DNA of 64,000 nucleotides from Verrucomicrobiota bacterium (lineage in GTDB: Bacteria; Verrucomicrobiota; Verrucomicrobiia; Limisphaerales; UBA1100), in contig JASLKQ010000001.1 of assembly GCA_030747505.1 (NCBI GenBank), forward strand, positions 30,571 through 94,570, read 5' to 3'. Shown piece by piece: positions 62,342 to 64,000 of this stretch (the stretch's first letter is position 1; each line of letters begins with the position of its first letter). Below the pieces are notes generated by a model, which had not been told where the DNA came from, made no database searches, and saw nothing but the letters and a program-made list of their open reading frames with translations. Position numbers and translations under genes: made by a program.

Positions 62342-63247
62342 ATGTCTCCGAATGTGATCATCACTGGAGGTAGCGGTTTTTTGGGTCGCCAAGTTAGTGC
62401 CTGCCTTAATAAAGAGCACATGCTTCTGGGTTTTAGTGGCAAAGGAGGTACTGTTCAGTGTGATTTGAGACATCAAGTACCAAGAATTCCGGCCGAGGTG
62501 CAACATGTGATTCATTTGGCTGGCAGGGCCCATGCAGTAGATTTGAAAAAATCAGAAATTGAGGAGTTCTATCAAGTTAATGTTCAGGGTACCCTGAATC
62601 TATTGAAGGGACTCGAGAACTCTCGCGGGACAATTCAACAAGTGGTATATGCCAGTACTGTAGCTGTTTATGGGCTGGCGCAAGGTGAAAACATTAGTGA
62701 AAAAGAGCCGAAACTTGGAACAACCCCATATGCAAAAAGTAAATTGGAAGCTGAAGGGATTCTGCACAAATGGGCAGAAAAGCATGGGGTGAAACTGCTA
62801 ATACTCCGGCTACCTTTAATTGCAGGACCAAATCCTCCAGGGAACCTCGGAGTAATGATTAATGCACTGAAACGTAATAGGTACTTGTCTATTGGAGAAG
62901 GAGCAGCACGACGCAGCATGGTCATGGGAACGGATGTCGGAAGATTATGTTCACGGTTGAAGGGATCTGAGGATGGAATATACAATTTGACCGATGGCTG
63001 CCATCCAAGCATCCGCGAACTGGAACAATTAATTTGCAATCAATTAGGCAGATCTATGCCAAGAAGAATTCCTCGATGTGTGGCAAAAGCGATTGGCTCA
63101 TGCGGTGATTTTTTTGGGAGATATTCACCGGTCAATTCCAATAAGATAGACAAACTGCTAAGCACATTGACTTTTACTGATTCAGTGGCAAAGCGACAAT
63201 TAGATTGGAATCCAAGATCTGTTATCGATAATTTTACTCTTGATTAA
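62342..63247 (+). CDS. NAD-dependent epimerase/dehydratase-family SDR (WbpK-like reductase/epimerase)
   Basis: 'VIITGGSGFLG', 'YASTVAVYG' and 'YAKSK' (YxxxK). It sits between WbpL-like and WbpM-like genes. Confidence 0.75.
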   Translation: MSPNVIITGGSGFLGRQVSACLNKEHMLLGFSGKGGTVQCDLRHQVPRIPAEVQHVIHLAGRAHAVDLKKSEIEEFYQVNVQGTLNLLKGLENSRGTIQQVVYASTVAVYGLAQGENISEKEPKLGTTPYAKSKLEAEGILHKWAEKHGVKLLILRLPLIAGPNPPGNLGVMINALKRNRYLSIGEGAARRSMVMGTDVGRLCSRLKGSEDGIYNLTDGCHPSIRELEQLICNQLGRSMPRRIPRCVAKAIGSCGDFFGRYSPVNSNKIDKLLSTLTFTDSVAKRQLDWNPRSVIDNFTLD

Positions 63248-63289
63248 GAAAATATATATGAGGGATTCATAATGGTATTTTGATCTACA

Positions 63290-64000
63290 ATGCAGCGGGA
63301 ATTATCACAATTCACCTTAAGTAAAAACCAACGTGCTATATTATTAGCGTTTATCTACGTGGATATATTCGTATTTTCCACGTGGCTCGCTTACAATTTA
63401 CGATTCGACTTTGGGGTTTTGCCGGCCGAACACCAACCTCACATGAGAACAATTTGGAGTTGGGTTTGGTTGGTTAAATTGGGGGCCTTGTGGGCGACAG
63501 GGCAATTCTCTAGTTTACTGAGTTATTTTAGCCTCCCCGATTTGCAACGTATAACGGTTGGTCAACTGCCGATAACTTTGGCCCTAATCATAGGCTGGTA
63601 TTGTGTGGATGCACTGCACTATATGTCGCGTAGTGTTATCATCATGGATGCTATGATTTCCGTGGCAGGTATTGCGGCTATGCGCCTAATGTTCCGTGTT
63701 TTAAGGCTGCGCACAGAGGAGGACAGTACGGCCGCAAATAAAATTCATGTGGCCATTGTGGGTGCCGGGGGAGCTGGAGCGGCTCTAGCTCGTGAACTTC
63801 AAAGCAACAGTAAATATGATCCAGTTGCTTTTTTTGATGATTCTGAAGCAAAGCGGGGGACACAGGTTCATGGCATCAATGTTTATGGCTCCATTGAGTC
63901 TCTTATAGATCACGACCTTCAAGGTGTTACCGAGGCCATTATTGCCATGCCTTCAGCGAACGGGAAAAGGATTCAGGAGATCGTTCACTTTCTGAACGAT
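63290..64000 (+). CDS. membrane-bound polysaccharide biosynthesis protein, UDP-HexNAc 4,6-dehydratase type (CapD/WbpM/PglF family); 3' end beyond the window
   Basis: Not in the ORF track because no stop falls in the window. My own translation from ATG 63290 is open for 237 codons to the window edge: MQRELSQFTLSKNQRAILLAFIYVDIFVFSTWLAYNLRFDF..., with 4 TM segments and then the Rossmann motif 'VAIVGAGGAGAALAREL...PVAFFDD...G..V.G..V.G'. Confidence 0.8.
   Translation, partial: MQRELSQFTLSKNQRAILLAFIYVDIFVFSTWLAYNLRFDFGVLPAEHQPHMRTIWSWVWLVKLGALWATGQFSSLLSYFSLPDLQRITVGQLPITLALIIGWYCVDALHYMSRSVIIMDAMISVAGIAAMRLMFRVLRLRTEEDSTAANKIHVAIVGAGGAGAALARELQSNSKYDPVAFFDDSEAKRGTQVHGINVYGSIESLIDHDLQGVTEAIIAMPSANGKRIQEIVHFLND

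Overview
This is a 64-kb chromosomal window. Gene content suggests a PVC-group (Verrucomicrobiota-like) bacterium, but that is inference only. The first half (1-33 kb) holds mostly housekeeping and envelope or secreted-protein genes. These are a partial Na+/solute symporter, a DUF116-polyprenyl synthase plus prenyltransferase-repeat pair, and secreted FG-GAP, VIT-vWA and ASPIC/UnbV proteins. There is also a modular protein with a chagasin-like inhibitor domain, a GcvH-like/G3E-GTPase/Fe-S operon, two LRR proteins, a cysteine desulfurase, prmC, murA, mutS, a Lys/Ala/Pro-repeat histone-H1-like gene, ald, comM/yifB, tRNA-Ser(GGA) and tRNA-Ala(CGC). From tRNA-Ala onward (33-64 kb, running off the window) lies a glycan locus of about 31 kb. 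It starts with a PglB/STT3-type oligosaccharyltransferase gene whose catalytic motifs look intact. That gene is divergent from a NusG/UpxY/RfaH-like regulator. About 27 co-directional, frequently overlapping genes follow. They encode WbpB/D/E-like diacetamido-sugar enzymes, a PglK/MsbA-type ABC flippase, two AsnB-like amidotransferases (one frameshifted), and a WbpG-like plus HisH/HisF acetamidino module. They also encode methyl-, acetyl- and carbamoyl-transferases, several GT-B glycosyltransferases, a WecA/WbpL-type initiating transferase and WbpK/WbpM(PglF)-like enzymes. No Wzx, Wzy, Wzz or WaaL is visible. The best hypothesis is a pgl-like N-linked protein glycosylation system in a lineage where such systems are not characterised. 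I found no CRISPR array, rRNA, transposase or integrase. All family assignments come from motif recognition by eye, and no database search was run.
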